A stretch of DNA of 64,000 bases, taken from contig CAYRHX010000005.1 in the NCBI GenBank assembly GCA_964424265.1, positions 7,951 to 71,950 of the forward strand, in the 5' to 3' direction. The DNA is from an uncultured Candidatus Saccharibacteria bacterium. GTDB lineage: Bacteria > Patescibacteriota > Minisyncoccia > Phycocordibacterales > UBA2100. The translations under genes were made by a program, and so were the position numbers. Under the pieces are notes generated by a model, which saw only the letters and a program-made list of their open reading frames with translations, ran no database searches and was not told where the DNA came from. Position 1 is the stretch's first letter. Every line of letters starts with the position of its first letter. Positions 38,457-49,905 of the stretch are shown here, one piece after another.

Positions 38457-39665
38457 CTATCGCACGGTTAGTATGACGTCTTTTGCTTGGTTAATTCCGG
38501 AATAATTAGAACAATTCAGAGTAATGCTGATTGTGCCTGACTCGTCGGTTATCGGACTGGAAAGAATCTTGCTTCCCTGAGTGTCATCTGCAAACGCCTC
38601 ACCATTCTGAGTGACGACACACGAATCTGGTTTCATCCCCACCGAAGACCACGAGATGAGCGTCGATCCTCCAGGCGAAATTGTGGTTGGCTGAATGATG
38701 ATGACCGACGCAGACGGTATAGCGAACGTCGATGTTGCATAGATCGGGCGAGGGTTCACGGTCGTGGGCTGGGAAGGTGGAATACTCGGCAGCTGTGGTT
38801 GCGTTGAGCTGAAAACAGGATTTTGTTGTAGCGGCATAGTCATCATCGTTTGGGTCATCATCCCCAGTTGATACATGAGCGGATTAAGTAGCAAATTTTC
38901 GGGCTGTTGTTGCCAACTAGCCAATGAATACGGATATGGTGAGCCCTGGGTTGGCCGAATGACTGCATTGGGATCGAAACTTCCCGGAGCACAGGCACGC
39001 GTGACGCCAGCGCAGCCCGGGCCCCGCGCTTCTTGATTATCGGCTCCTGCAAGGATCATGTGGACCTCGTCCTTAAACCCTCCACCCTCACCGGTAAACG
39101 GAAAGCACACGCCAAATTGCGGATTCCGCCTCGCATAATCGATCATGGTTGATTGTTTGAGAGTCTGCACGTCGAGAGCGAGACCTCTTTGGTGATTACC
39201 GTTTGGATTGGCGACATTCATGAGAGCCCCGCAATTCGGGTTATCAATACACAGTTGCGCCTCAAATGCAGGACTACGATATGCCGATGTGATGATGACG
39301 GGGCCGTGGTTGGCTTGAAACGACCTGAGGAACGTCGCCGAACACGTGGCAAATTGCGTATTGAGCATCTCGATGTTGTCGTCAGTCTTTGCACTGCCCG
39401 ATCTCGGGAGAGACTTCAAAAATTGCTTTGCCTCCCCCGAAGCCTTGCCTACATACTGACTCGTGGGCTCCCACCACATTCCTACGACCGGATCTGGTAT
39501 CCCAGCCGCTTCCATGAACGGAAGATCTTCCGCGGTTGCAGCACGAACGCCGGGAGGCAACGTATATTGCTGCGCGCCTGCGAAGAAAGGGAGCGTGGTG
39601 AATAGCAAACTCACTCCGAAAACTATGGCGGTAAGAGAAGTACGAGGGGTCTGCGCAAAACGCAT
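38457..39665 (-). CDS. secreted peptidase M15 / D,D-carboxypeptidase-like (LAS fold) with shared C-terminal domain
   Basis: ITSAYRSP...NHQRGLALDV. C-terminal WSSVGMKPDSCVVT domain. Confidence 0.6.
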   Translation of the reverse strand: MRFAQTPRTSLTAIVFGVSLLFTTLPFFAGAQQYTLPPGVRAATAEDLPFMEAAGIPDPVVGMWWEPTSQYVGKASGEAKQFLKSLPRSGSAKTDDNIEMLNTQFATCSATFLRSFQANHGPVIITSAYRSPAFEAQLCIDNPNCGALMNVANPNGNHQRGLALDVQTLKQSTMIDYARRNPQFGVCFPFTGEGGGFKDEVHMILAGADNQEARGPGCAGVTRACAPGSFDPNAVIRPTQGSPYPYSLASWQQQPENLLLNPLMYQLGMMTQTMMTMPLQQNPVFSSTQPQLPSIPPSQPTTVNPRPIYATSTFAIPSASVIIIQPTTISPGGSTLISWSSVGMKPDSCVVTQNGEAFADDTQGSKILSSPITDESGTISITLNCSNYSGINQAKDVILTVR

Positions 39666-39753
39666 GTACTGATTATACAGCCTCCACTACTCTGATTGAG
39701 ATTTTCTGTGGATTCGAGCTCGATAATTCCGAGGAGAAAAATTATTCGATACG

Positions 39754-42700
39754 CTACCTCCCCAACTGCGCCCCCCACGATTTGAGAAGCGCTTCGAGTG
39801 CAGCGAGAGCGGCTGCAAGGTTTGAGATTGAGGTTGTGGAGGAGATGGTGGCGGAAGGTGTGGTGAAGCTTGAAGCTTGATACGTGCCTTGATAATCACT
39901 GATATCAAGTCCTGTTTTTATCTTGAGGAAGTTGGCGAGGTTGGTGTAATTGGTGGAAGATTTGCTGTAGGCGTATACATAGCCGGTGCCCTGATCGTAA
40001 GAGTACGTTTCAAGAGGTGTGGTGCCGTGCCCGGTGACTGTCTGACTGTGATAGCCCGTCGCGAAGATACGTTGTATCGCTCTTCCACTTGGATTGACGA
40101 TCACCCAATCGACAGAGCTAAAGGCAGAGAGGGAGAGGATGAGAGGTTGTGTCCCCGGTGCGATATTGACCGTGATACTGCTTCGACCGTTTACAACTGT
40201 GGAACCAGAGTAGACGCCGACGGCGACGAGTCTCGTCGATGTCGAACTCGAGGAAGCTGCATTAGCTCCAGCGGAGCCGGTGGCAGCACCGGTCGGAGGA
40301 ACTATGCTGAACAATCCACTCTCTGCAGATGCGAGAATCGTCGGGCTCTGGCAACGTGAGAAAGTATAGCCGAGACAAGCATCTTGCGGTGTAAAGATGC
40401 GTGCGCGGATTTTGTAGGACGTCCCGCTCATCATCTGGTCGCACGCCATGAGTCCGTCTGAGAAATTCCCGTTGCACGTACCACTTGTAGCTACCGAGCT
40501 CGTGCCGATTGCGGCAGTCACAGTTCGCGAATTCGCAACACCCCCATCGGCTCCAACGAGCTGGATGTACATACTCGCGGTGCTTGGCATATTCGTGACG
40601 GACCACATAACGGGGATTGGATTACCCTGAGTAAACGTCCGGCCGCTTATTGGCGAAGTGAGCGAAATACTCGGCGCGCTGGTAGCGTTTCCTACAGTAA
40701 TGCTGGTCATAGCTACCCAGTCAGTGATGGGTGCATCCGTTGGACCTGGGTGCCAGGACTCTGCCTTGATCGTATAGCTGCCTGGCGTGGCATACGTATG
40801 GGAAGTAACTTCATTGGTACAACTTTGACCCACGCGTGCCTGCACATTACTCGGGGACGATACACCATCTCCCCAGTCAATCGTAAGACCATTGCCGCTC
40901 GACCCGTACCACCCGTACGAATATTTGCATTTTTGCATCTTGTCTTGAACACTCGTGGGAGCCTGAAGAGTCACCGTCAGAGGTGCTTGCCCTGATGCCG
41001 GAGTCGCAGAAAGCGACGAAGTTGAAGTACCCGTAACAGTGATCTTCGTGGTGGCTAGGAGAGGCTGTGGGTTAGCTAAAGCTACCTGACCTAATGATCT
41101 TTGGCTTATGGGAGTCTCCAAGACCGTTGTCGGTTGCATACCTACTCCTGGCATACCTACTCCTTGGGAGAGCTGTGCAGTGTAGGTACCGGGCGTGCTA
41201 TAGACATGAGACAAATCTGATCCCTCTGAGAAGATTGTGGGCGGAAACAGAAATCCAGATTGTCCGTCACCAAAGTAAACAATGAATGCAGAACTTGAGC
41301 CTTTAGCACCGAAGCGGACTTCCAGTGGTGCCTCTCCAGATGTCGGCGTTGCGGTAAAGGAACCAGCGACGAACGGCTCAGCTCTTCGAGTAACGCTGTA
41401 GATGAGCGGATTACTCGTCACGATTTGGTTGCCGTGTTTGTAGACAGTCACCGTGGCAGTCCAGGTACCTACATCATTTGCCCCTGTGTGGTCGTCTGCG
41501 CTCAGCTCGTAGTATCCGGTGTTCGCATTAAACTGCATGACATCGACGTCGTTGATTGACCCCGAAGCAGAGACTTGGTTGATGCGTACCTCCGCCCCCT
41601 CTTCGGGTGTAAAAGGGCTCCCAGGATTATCGAGAACCTTCACTTGAAAGAAAACAGTTCCCCCTACGAAGAACGAGGTGTCTTTCTGAAAACATTCCCA
41701 TGGTTTTACCAACCAGAAAGGTACGCTACAATGCCCGATCCTGCTAGCCCAAAGAGTGGCGGTGATGGCTTGGGGAGGATTGACAGGAAAGTTACAGAGG
41801 CCAAAGAGTTGCAACCATGGCGAACAGCCCTCTGGCGTTTGCGGCTTCGGCGTCTTGCTGTAGAGCTCTACGACTTGTGCATCCGACATGGCAGCAGCGT
41901 AATACACGATACTGGCCAAATAACCCTTGAAATGGTTGATGCCATTTGGGTAAACGCCCGGCATGTCGTACATACGGCCGATCGATGGGGTTGCGTTGTG
42001 GTGGCCGATATTATTTGACGGGATATTTACCGTTTGTACCTTGCTGCCATCAAGGAAGACCGTCGATGAGTTGCCAGTATTGGACCACGCCACGTGATGC
42101 CATGATCCCGAGATGCTCGTCTGCAGTGGTATGGGGTATCCGATATCACAGTCACTTCCGCCTGCAAGCTGTGCACCGTTCTTGTCATTACGCACAATAA
42201 TAGATCGATCGCTCACGCCAATCCACATGTCATTGCCTCCAGCCCCATCAGCATCTGAGAAGATCGTGCCACAGCTTGTGCCCGTGTAGAACACCCATGC
42301 TCCGATCGTGAAGGCTGTCGAGTCTGGGATCCTCCCAGTAGACACGTAGGTGTCGGTGCCATTGAATTCCTTCGGACCTTGCCAGGAGAAGATGGGGACC
42401 TTAGTAGGGTCGGGACTCACAGACTGACACTGACCAAGTGCTGCACTGATTAGATCACAGGGCGGTGTTGGAGGGACCGGCGGCACAGGCGGCATTCCAC
42501 CGCAGATTTGAACAATCTTGGCTCTCGTGAGGGATCCGACGATGCCGAAAGAAGGAAGGCCATTTTCTGTCTGAAACCTTTTCACGTATTGCTCCGTGCG
42601 TGCCCCGAAGTATCCACCCACCAAAGTTTCTTCACCGAGGTTGAAATGATTGGCGAGGAAGACCTGCAGGCCGCTCACCTGCCCTCCTGTGCTGGCGTCA

Positions 42701-42954
42701 CGTGATCCTCGTTTGAGCGTATACGTAAGATCGGGACAGGATGATGGCTGACTGGCCTGTTGAGGATAGTCATCAGAAGGGGTGTCATTGGAGTGTCCGG
42801 TGGGCGAGGTTCCTTGAGACAACGCCTGAAGCTGAGCCATCAATGCTTGGATCTGCGCTTCCAACGCCTGGATAGTCGTCAACTGTTGAGCGGACGCGAG
42901 GAACGGTGAGACCAGAAGTATGCCGGTGATTGCGAGAGCTGCTTTTTTGTGCAT
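39754..42954 (-). CDS. large secreted protein with PG-binding, LamG and PKD-like domains
   Basis: Signal peptide with coiled coil. PG_binding_1-like (VSGLQVFLANHFNLGEE...GYFGARTEQYVKRFQTENGL). LamG-like block. PKD-like EAPLEVRF...GDGQSG. Confidence 0.6.
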   Translation of the reverse strand: MHKKAALAITGILLVSPFLASAQQLTTIQALEAQIQALMAQLQALSQGTSPTGHSNDTPSDDYPQQASQPSSCPDLTYTLKRGSRDASTGGQVSGLQVFLANHFNLGEETLVGGYFGARTEQYVKRFQTENGLPSFGIVGSLTRAKIVQICGGMPPVPPVPPTPPCDLISAALGQCQSVSPDPTKVPIFSWQGPKEFNGTDTYVSTGRIPDSTAFTIGAWVFYTGTSCGTIFSDADGAGGNDMWIGVSDRSIIVRNDKNGAQLAGGSDCDIGYPIPLQTSISGSWHHVAWSNTGNSSTVFLDGSKVQTVNIPSNNIGHHNATPSIGRMYDMPGVYPNGINHFKGYLASIVYYAAAMSDAQVVELYSKTPKPQTPEGCSPWLQLFGLCNFPVNPPQAITATLWASRIGHCSVPFWLVKPWECFQKDTSFFVGGTVFFQVKVLDNPGSPFTPEEGAEVRINQVSASGSINDVDVMQFNANTGYYELSADDHTGANDVGTWTATVTVYKHGNQIVTSNPLIYSVTRRAEPFVAGSFTATPTSGEAPLEVRFGAKGSSSAFIVYFGDGQSGFLFPPTIFSEGSDLSHVYSTPGTYTAQLSQGVGMPGVGMQPTTVLETPISQRSLGQVALANPQPLLATTKITVTGTSTSSLSATPASGQAPLTVTLQAPTSVQDKMQKCKYSYGWYGSSGNGLTIDWGDGVSSPSNVQARVGQSCTNEVTSHTYATPGSYTIKAESWHPGPTDAPITDWVAMTSITVGNATSAPSISLTSPISGRTFTQGNPIPVMWSVTNMPSTASMYIQLVGADGGVANSRTVTAAIGTSSVATSGTCNGNFSDGLMACDQMMSGTSYKIRARIFTPQDACLGYTFSRCQSPTILASAESGLFSIVPPTGAATGSAGANAASSSSTSTRLVAVGVYSGSTVVNGRSSITVNIAPGTQPLILSLSAFSSVDWVIVNPSGRAIQRIFATGYHSQTVTGHGTTPLETYSYDQGTGYVYAYSKSSTNYTNLANFLKIKTGLDISDYQGTYQASSFTTPSATISSTTSISNLAAALAALEALLKSWGAQLGR

Positions 42955-43030
42955 GAGTGAATGCTACTTTGATAAGTGCATACATTGTGACATGCACAAG
43001 GCATCCCGCAATGACATGGGGGGGGGACAA

Positions 43031-43285
43031 CTAGAGGAGCACCGTTACACGATTTCCGGAGCATTCTAGAACGCCGGATTCGATATCAAATTCCCTCAAC
43101 TCTCCCATGGCGTCGATCACTCTCACACTCCCCTTCTTGAGGGTGGTAACAATCGGTTCATGATGAGGAAGGATAGTGAATTCGCCGCTAGCCCCAGGAA
43201 GATTCACAGATTTTGCAGGGCCATCGAATCGAGTGTCACCAACACTCGCGATCGTGAGGAGGAGTGTGGCAGACTCTGCTTGCAT
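43031..43285 (-). CDS. atpC: ATP synthase F1 epsilon subunit (N-terminal beta-sandwich only, 84 aa)
   Basis: Position after atpD. LLTIASVGDTRFDGPAKSVNLPGASGEFTILPHHEP. Confidence 0.7.
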   Translation of the reverse strand: MQAESATLLLTIASVGDTRFDGPAKSVNLPGASGEFTILPHHEPIVTTLKKGSVRVIDAMGELREFDIESGVLECSGNRVTVLL

Positions 43286-43286
43286 A

Positions 43287-44986
<1,700 letters not shown>

Positions 44987-45004
44987 AAGCCGATAGTATC
45001 ACAA

Positions 45005-45925
45005 TTATTTCATCGCCTCTATTCCGCTCGTAATTTCAGAAACTTCCCGGGTGATCGCGGCCTGACGGACTTTGTTGAAGGTGCGCGTAAGATCGCCTGC
45101 CATTTCTTTTGCTTTATCTGTGGCGCTCTTCATCGCGACCATACGCGCTGAATGCTCCGAGGCTTTCGATTCGAGAACTGGGTGAAATATCGCGATGTTG
45201 AGAAGTTTGGGTAACAGCTCAGTCAATACGGTGTCAGCGTCTGGCTCGATCGTATACGCTGCAGGAGGACTTGTTTTGTTTTTTTCTGGCTGAGGAGCGT
45301 ACTTGCCGCGCGCAGGCCGAATACCCGCGACGATCGCCCCCATTACCTCCGGCGTGATGGGGACAATCTGTCGTACTGTCGGCGCTTGCTCAAACGTTGA
45401 AATGAAATTTGTGTAACCGACGACACATCCTCCGATCGACTGCTGAGCATGCAACTCTACAACTTTATTCGTGACGCTCCGAATATCGGATTCCGAAACA
45501 CCGTCAGTCATATTTTCTAGTTTTACCAAAACCTCGTATCCTCGAGACGCAAAATAATCCCCGCCCCGACGACCAATGGCAATTATTACCACCATATCTT
45601 TTGCGAGGTGCAGCCGCGCTATTTCCTGCTCCACGCCGCGTATAACGCCGCTATTGAGTGAACCTGCAAGACCCTTGTCGCTTGTAATCACGATGCAACA
45701 CGTCTTCCCTGCCTGCTCACGCATCAGCGGATGCCTCGCAATATCAGAAGTGCCGGCGAGTCGTTCAAGCATCGAGAGCGCCGACGCGGCGTAGGCACGC
45801 CCGGAAAGCGCTCGCTCCTGTCCTTTGCGCATTTTGACGGCCGAGACGGCCTCCATCGCGTGGGTCACCGTCCCCGTTTTTTTATACGAGAGAATTTTGA
45901 GCTTGATGTTCTTCAAGCTGGCCAT
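45005..45925 (-). CDS. atpG: ATP synthase F1 gamma subunit
   Basis: MASLKNIKLKI...ITREVSEI terminal helices. Confidence 0.9.
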   Translation of the reverse strand: MASLKNIKLKILSYKKTGTVTHAMEAVSAVKMRKGQERALSGRAYAASALSMLERLAGTSDIARHPLMREQAGKTCCIVITSDKGLAGSLNSGVIRGVEQEIARLHLAKDMVVIIAIGRRGGDYFASRGYEVLVKLENMTDGVSESDIRSVTNKVVELHAQQSIGGCVVGYTNFISTFEQAPTVRQIVPITPEVMGAIVAGIRPARGKYAPQPEKNKTSPPAAYTIEPDADTVLTELLPKLLNIAIFHPVLESKASEHSARMVAMKSATDKAKEMAGDLTRTFNKVRQAAITREVSEITSGIEAMK

Positions 45926-45928
45926 AAT

Positions 45929-47500
45929 TTATTTCGCGGCGGTGAAAAACTCAGTATGCGCAAGCCGGAAATCTTCGAACGCCGCATTCAGATCCTTCTT
46001 GAGTTCATCTGAAAGGACGCCAGATTTCTTAATCTCGGCAAGTGTCTTCGTGCGCTGATTGCCCAAAAATTCCACGAGCATCGCTTCGACGGAAGTTACT
46101 TTCGTGACCGGCACATCGAGGAAAAATTTGTTGCCGGCTGCGTAGAGAATCGCGACCTGCATCTCCACTGGAATCGGCGCTCCATTTTTCTGCTTTAAGA
46201 CCTCCACCATTCGTTGTCCCGAAGAGATACGATCGGCGGTTACCTTATCGAGGTCCTGCGCAAACTGCATGAAGGCTTCAAGCTCTCGAAATTGTGCAAG
46301 CTCGAGCTTGAGGCCGCCCGCGACAGACTTCATGGCTTTCGTCTGTGCGCTCGAGCCGACGCGAGAAACTGAAATACCCACATCGATCGCTGGTCGCACA
46401 CCCTTGTTGAATAGCTCGGCGATGAGGAAGATTTGTCCGTCGGTGATGGAGATCACGTTGGTGGGTATATAAGCAGAGACGTCGCCTTCTTGAGTCTCAA
46501 TGATCGGGAGCGCCGTAATCGATCCACCTCCCTTTGCTTCGCTCAGGCGCGCAGCGCGCTCGAGAAGTCGAGAGTGTAGATAGAAGATGTCGCCTGGATA
46601 CGCCTCGCGACCCGGAGGACGACGCAGAAGCAAAGAGAGCTCGCGATATGCGACCGCCTGCTTCGAGAGGTCGTCGTAGACGATGAGCACATCGCGCCCC
46701 GCGTCCATAAAGTACTCTCCGATGGCAACACCTGAAAACGGCGCGATAAACTGAAGCGCCGCCGGAGCTGATGCGGGAGCATCTACCACGATCGTGTATT
46801 CAAGCGCTCCTTCGCGACGAAGCTGTTCTACAATACGCGCCGTCTTCGATTGCTTTTGTCCGATAGCAACATAAATACAAATCGGCCGCTTCTCTTTCGG
46901 TTCGTTTCGCTGGTTGATGATGGTGTCGATGGCGACGGTAGTTTTCCCGATCGATCGATCGCCGATGATGAGCTCGCGCTGACCACGACCGATCGGGATC
47001 ATCGAGTCGATCGCCTTAATACCCGTCTGAAGCGGCACAGAAACCGATTTGCGATCAATGACCCCGCTCGCTTGCCGCTCGACGGGCATCATGGTCGCTT
47101 TCTTGAAGGGCCCCTTGCCATCGATCGGCTCGCCGAGCGCATTCACCACGCGACCGAGCAGTTCTTCGCCCGATGGAACCGAGAGAATCTTGCCCGTCGA
47201 CTTGACAGTCATGCCCTCAGAAACACGCGAAGTGTCTCCCAAAATTGTGGCACGCACCCCATCTTCTTCAAGATTCAAAATGAGCCCGTATAGCTCTCCC
47301 GCGCCCTCCATGGCATCGGACAACTTCTTCCCTTTTCCTTCTTCAAAAAGCACTATTTCGCTCATCACAGCCTTCGAGAGTCCATCAATCGCAACCACGC
47401 CATCCCCTACCGCAGTGACACGTCCCGTGTGCTCACTCTCGCGCGTTGGCGCGAAGTGCTCGATCTCCTTGATTATTTTTTCGACGATTGAATTATTCAT
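45929..47500 (-). CDS. atpA: ATP synthase F1 alpha subunit
   Basis: [10 protein letters not shown]-loop. Full-length homology. Confidence 0.95.
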   Translation of the reverse strand: MNNSIVEKIIKEIEHFAPTRESEHTGRVTAVGDGVVAIDGLSKAVMSEIVLFEEGKGKKLSDAMEGAGELYGLILNLEEDGVRATILGDTSRVSEGMTVKSTGKILSVPSGEELLGRVVNALGEPIDGKGPFKKATMMPVERQASGVIDRKSVSVPLQTGIKAIDSMIPIGRGQRELIIGDRSIGKTTVAIDTIINQRNEPKEKRPICIYVAIGQKQSKTARIVEQLRREGALEYTIVVDAPASAPAALQFIAPFSGVAIGEYFMDAGRDVLIVYDDLSKQAVAYRELSLLLRRPPGREAYPGDIFYLHSRLLERAARLSEAKGGGSITALPIIETQEGDVSAYIPTNVISITDGQIFLIAELFNKGVRPAIDVGISVSRVGSSAQTKAMKSVAGGLKLELAQFRELEAFMQFAQDLDKVTADRISSGQRMVEVLKQKNGAPIPVEMQVAILYAAGNKFFLDVPVTKVTSVEAMLVEFLGNQRTKTLAEIKKSGVLSDELKKDLNAAFEDFRLAHTEFFTAAK

Positions 47501-47503
47501 AGG

Positions 47504-47893
47504 TTATGACTGTGTGGCACGATTATACAGTGAAAGTAAGTATTTCTTAAAACTCGCGTCTACGAGATGCTCCCTTCCCTCGATTCTCCAACCCCCGATA
47601 AGCGACTCATCGATCTGCGTCACCACATCTTTGGCGCTGAGCTTCATGTTTGAAAGTGCGGCGCTCGACTCTTTTTCTGCAGCGCGCTGATCTGCTGCAC
47701 GAGCTATGGTGAGGACGACCTCGCTCTTACTTCGCTCGCGATGCGCGATCCTCTCAAACGCCCGGCCTATCTTGGGGAGAAGCGTCTCACGACCAGTCCG
47801 CACGAGCAATCTCCGCACGGCTTCAACCGCCTCCTTCGAGCTCATGCCTTTTACAATCATTTTCATGAGAGCTTGTGCGTATGCTGTTTCCAT
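47504..47893 (-). CDS. atpH: ATP synthase delta (OSCP) subunit, short form
   Basis: C-terminal IDESLIGGWRIEGREHLVDASFKKYL. Operon position. Confidence 0.65.
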   Translation of the reverse strand: METAYAQALMKMIVKGMSSKEAVEAVRRLLVRTGRETLLPKIGRAFERIAHRERSKSEVVLTIARAADQRAAEKESSAALSNMKLSAKDVVTQIDESLIGGWRIEGREHLVDASFKKYLLSLYNRATQS

Positions 47894-47920
47894 AATGTGT
47901 GTGTAGTGAGCGTAGTCAGA

Positions 47921-48370
47921 CTATGCGGATTTTTCGCGAAGAATCTTTTCGGCGGCGAGCATCGCGGCACGCGCAATTTCGCGCTCACTCTCCTTGAGTG
48001 CCGCTCGCTTTGCCTCTTCACCTCGCTCCATTGCATCTTTGAGCGCAGCTGCCGCTCGAGACTCCGCGATCTTCACAATCTCGGCGCCTCGCTCATCGGC
48101 GCGTGTGCGCGCAGCGGCGATCATACCTTCGGCCTCCCGCGCCGCACTCCCTTTGATGCCATCGCTCTCCTCTTTCGCATCGGCAAGCTTCCGCTCTGCT
48201 GCCTCCGCCGTTTTTACTCCCTCTGCGATTTTATTCTGTCTCTCGTCAATGATCTTGAGGATCGGCTTGTAGAGCAGATAGGTAAGGACGCTAAGCAGCA
48301 ATCCAAAATTCACTACCTGCACCAAGAGTAGCTTCCAATTAACGCCGAACACTGCGAAGAGATCACTCAT
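47921..48370 (-). CDS. atpF: ATP synthase Fo subunit b
   Basis: Single N-terminal TM followed by a long charged helix with A/E/K-rich stretches. Confidence 0.7.
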   Translation of the reverse strand: MSDLFAVFGVNWKLLLVQVVNFGLLLSVLTYLLYKPILKIIDERQNKIAEGVKTAEAAERKLADAKEESDGIKGSAAREAEGMIAAARTRADERGAEIVKIAESRAAAALKDAMERGEEAKRAALKESEREIARAAMLAAEKILREKSA

Positions 48371-48391
48371 ATCGCGTTCGATCAGACGACC

Positions 48392-48634
<243 letters not shown>

Positions 48635-48746
48635 TTACTTTAATAATTAATAACATTTATTGCGGCATTCTAGCATGCTATTGGGAGCTTTCAATGCACA
48701 CGAACAGGGCTCATGAACCTATGTTAGAATCTGATTGTAACTCTTT

Positions 48747-49886
48747 ATGGTTGAAGATCTCAAGGATACCTCAAAGAAAGGCACCGAATCACCTGAAATC
48801 CATCTCGATCATTCGCCCGATGATAAGCCGAGCATTCCTGCTCACGAACCTGCGCTCGATCCGCATCCCACCAGAGACAGAGCTATCGAGGATGAAGTCG
48901 CCATCGAAGAGGCTCTGAGTGCCCTTCCCACAGGCGCACGAACATCCAATGTGATCCCAGCCCCAAGTAAGGAGCCCAAGGATCTACGGACCATAGAAGT
49001 AAAGACGCGAGAACAATACCGAGAGGTGATCGCGGCGTTGAAAGAGATCTTTACCGACCCATCAGACCTAGAATCCGAGAGAGGATTCGCCGAGCTTTAT
49101 TTCACGCCAGAGCTCGCGCGCTATTTTCAGATCGTGGGAGAAGTGGACGGCAAGCAACAAACCATTGGGGTGCAGATGATCCGTATCAATCCAAAGGTAC
49201 CCGATGCGATGTATACACCGTACGGCGGTCTCAAATCAGACTACCGAGGCCTCAATGCGTATCCGCAAGCGGCGATTCTGAATGCCGAACTCATGCGACA
49301 AAATGGTGTGAAAGTTGGGTTTAATGATGTTGAAGATCCGGGTCGGATTGTCGCTGCGAATGCATATCCTGATGAAACTCCCGAGGAGATTACATCGCGC
49401 TGCGAAAGGCGGATTAACTTCTTCCGCCGCTCTATGGGCATGTATTTTGTGAATGACCCTGATATACCATATTGCCGACCCGCTTCCGATGATCCAGAAA
49501 AGATCCAGGCGTACGATCTCTTGGGCTTTAGGCCGCTCGATGCAGAAGACGATATGTGGAAAAACACCTTCAATGAAGACAAGACTTCGATATCACTTGA
49601 TGCATATGAAAAGTTCTACCTGGATATGATGCAGCTCGAATATGGTGACAAGAAAGGCGTGCCTTCCAAGGAGGAATTACGATCAACGTATCCGGCGATA
49701 AACGAGTTCTTCGGTTACGTAGATAGAGCTCGCGCGAATAATAAACAATGGGTCTCTCTCCACGCAGAACAGGTTCGCAAAAAGACTTCCCCAAATCTGG
49801 CTGACCAGGTAAGGTTCGACGACCCCAGTCTCAGAGATGAACGGATGGCCAAAGGGAAAATCACAGGTTCTCCTAAGGTCCAATAA
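48747..49886 (+). CDS. hypothetical protein (379 aa)
   Basis: ORF only. Acidic N-terminus, no recognised motif. Confidence 0.35.
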   Translation: MVEDLKDTSKKGTESPEIHLDHSPDDKPSIPAHEPALDPHPTRDRAIEDEVAIEEALSALPTGARTSNVIPAPSKEPKDLRTIEVKTREQYREVIAALKEIFTDPSDLESERGFAELYFTPELARYFQIVGEVDGKQQTIGVQMIRINPKVPDAMYTPYGGLKSDYRGLNAYPQAAILNAELMRQNGVKVGFNDVEDPGRIVAANAYPDETPEEITSRCERRINFFRRSMGMYFVNDPDIPYCRPASDDPEKIQAYDLLGFRPLDAEDDMWKNTFNEDKTSISLDAYEKFYLDMMQLEYGDKKGVPSKEELRSTYPAINEFFGYVDRARANNKQWVSLHAEQVRKKTSPNLADQVRFDDPSLRDERMAKGKITGSPKVQ

Positions 49887-49905
49887 ACCTACGAGAGAAA
49901 ACTCC

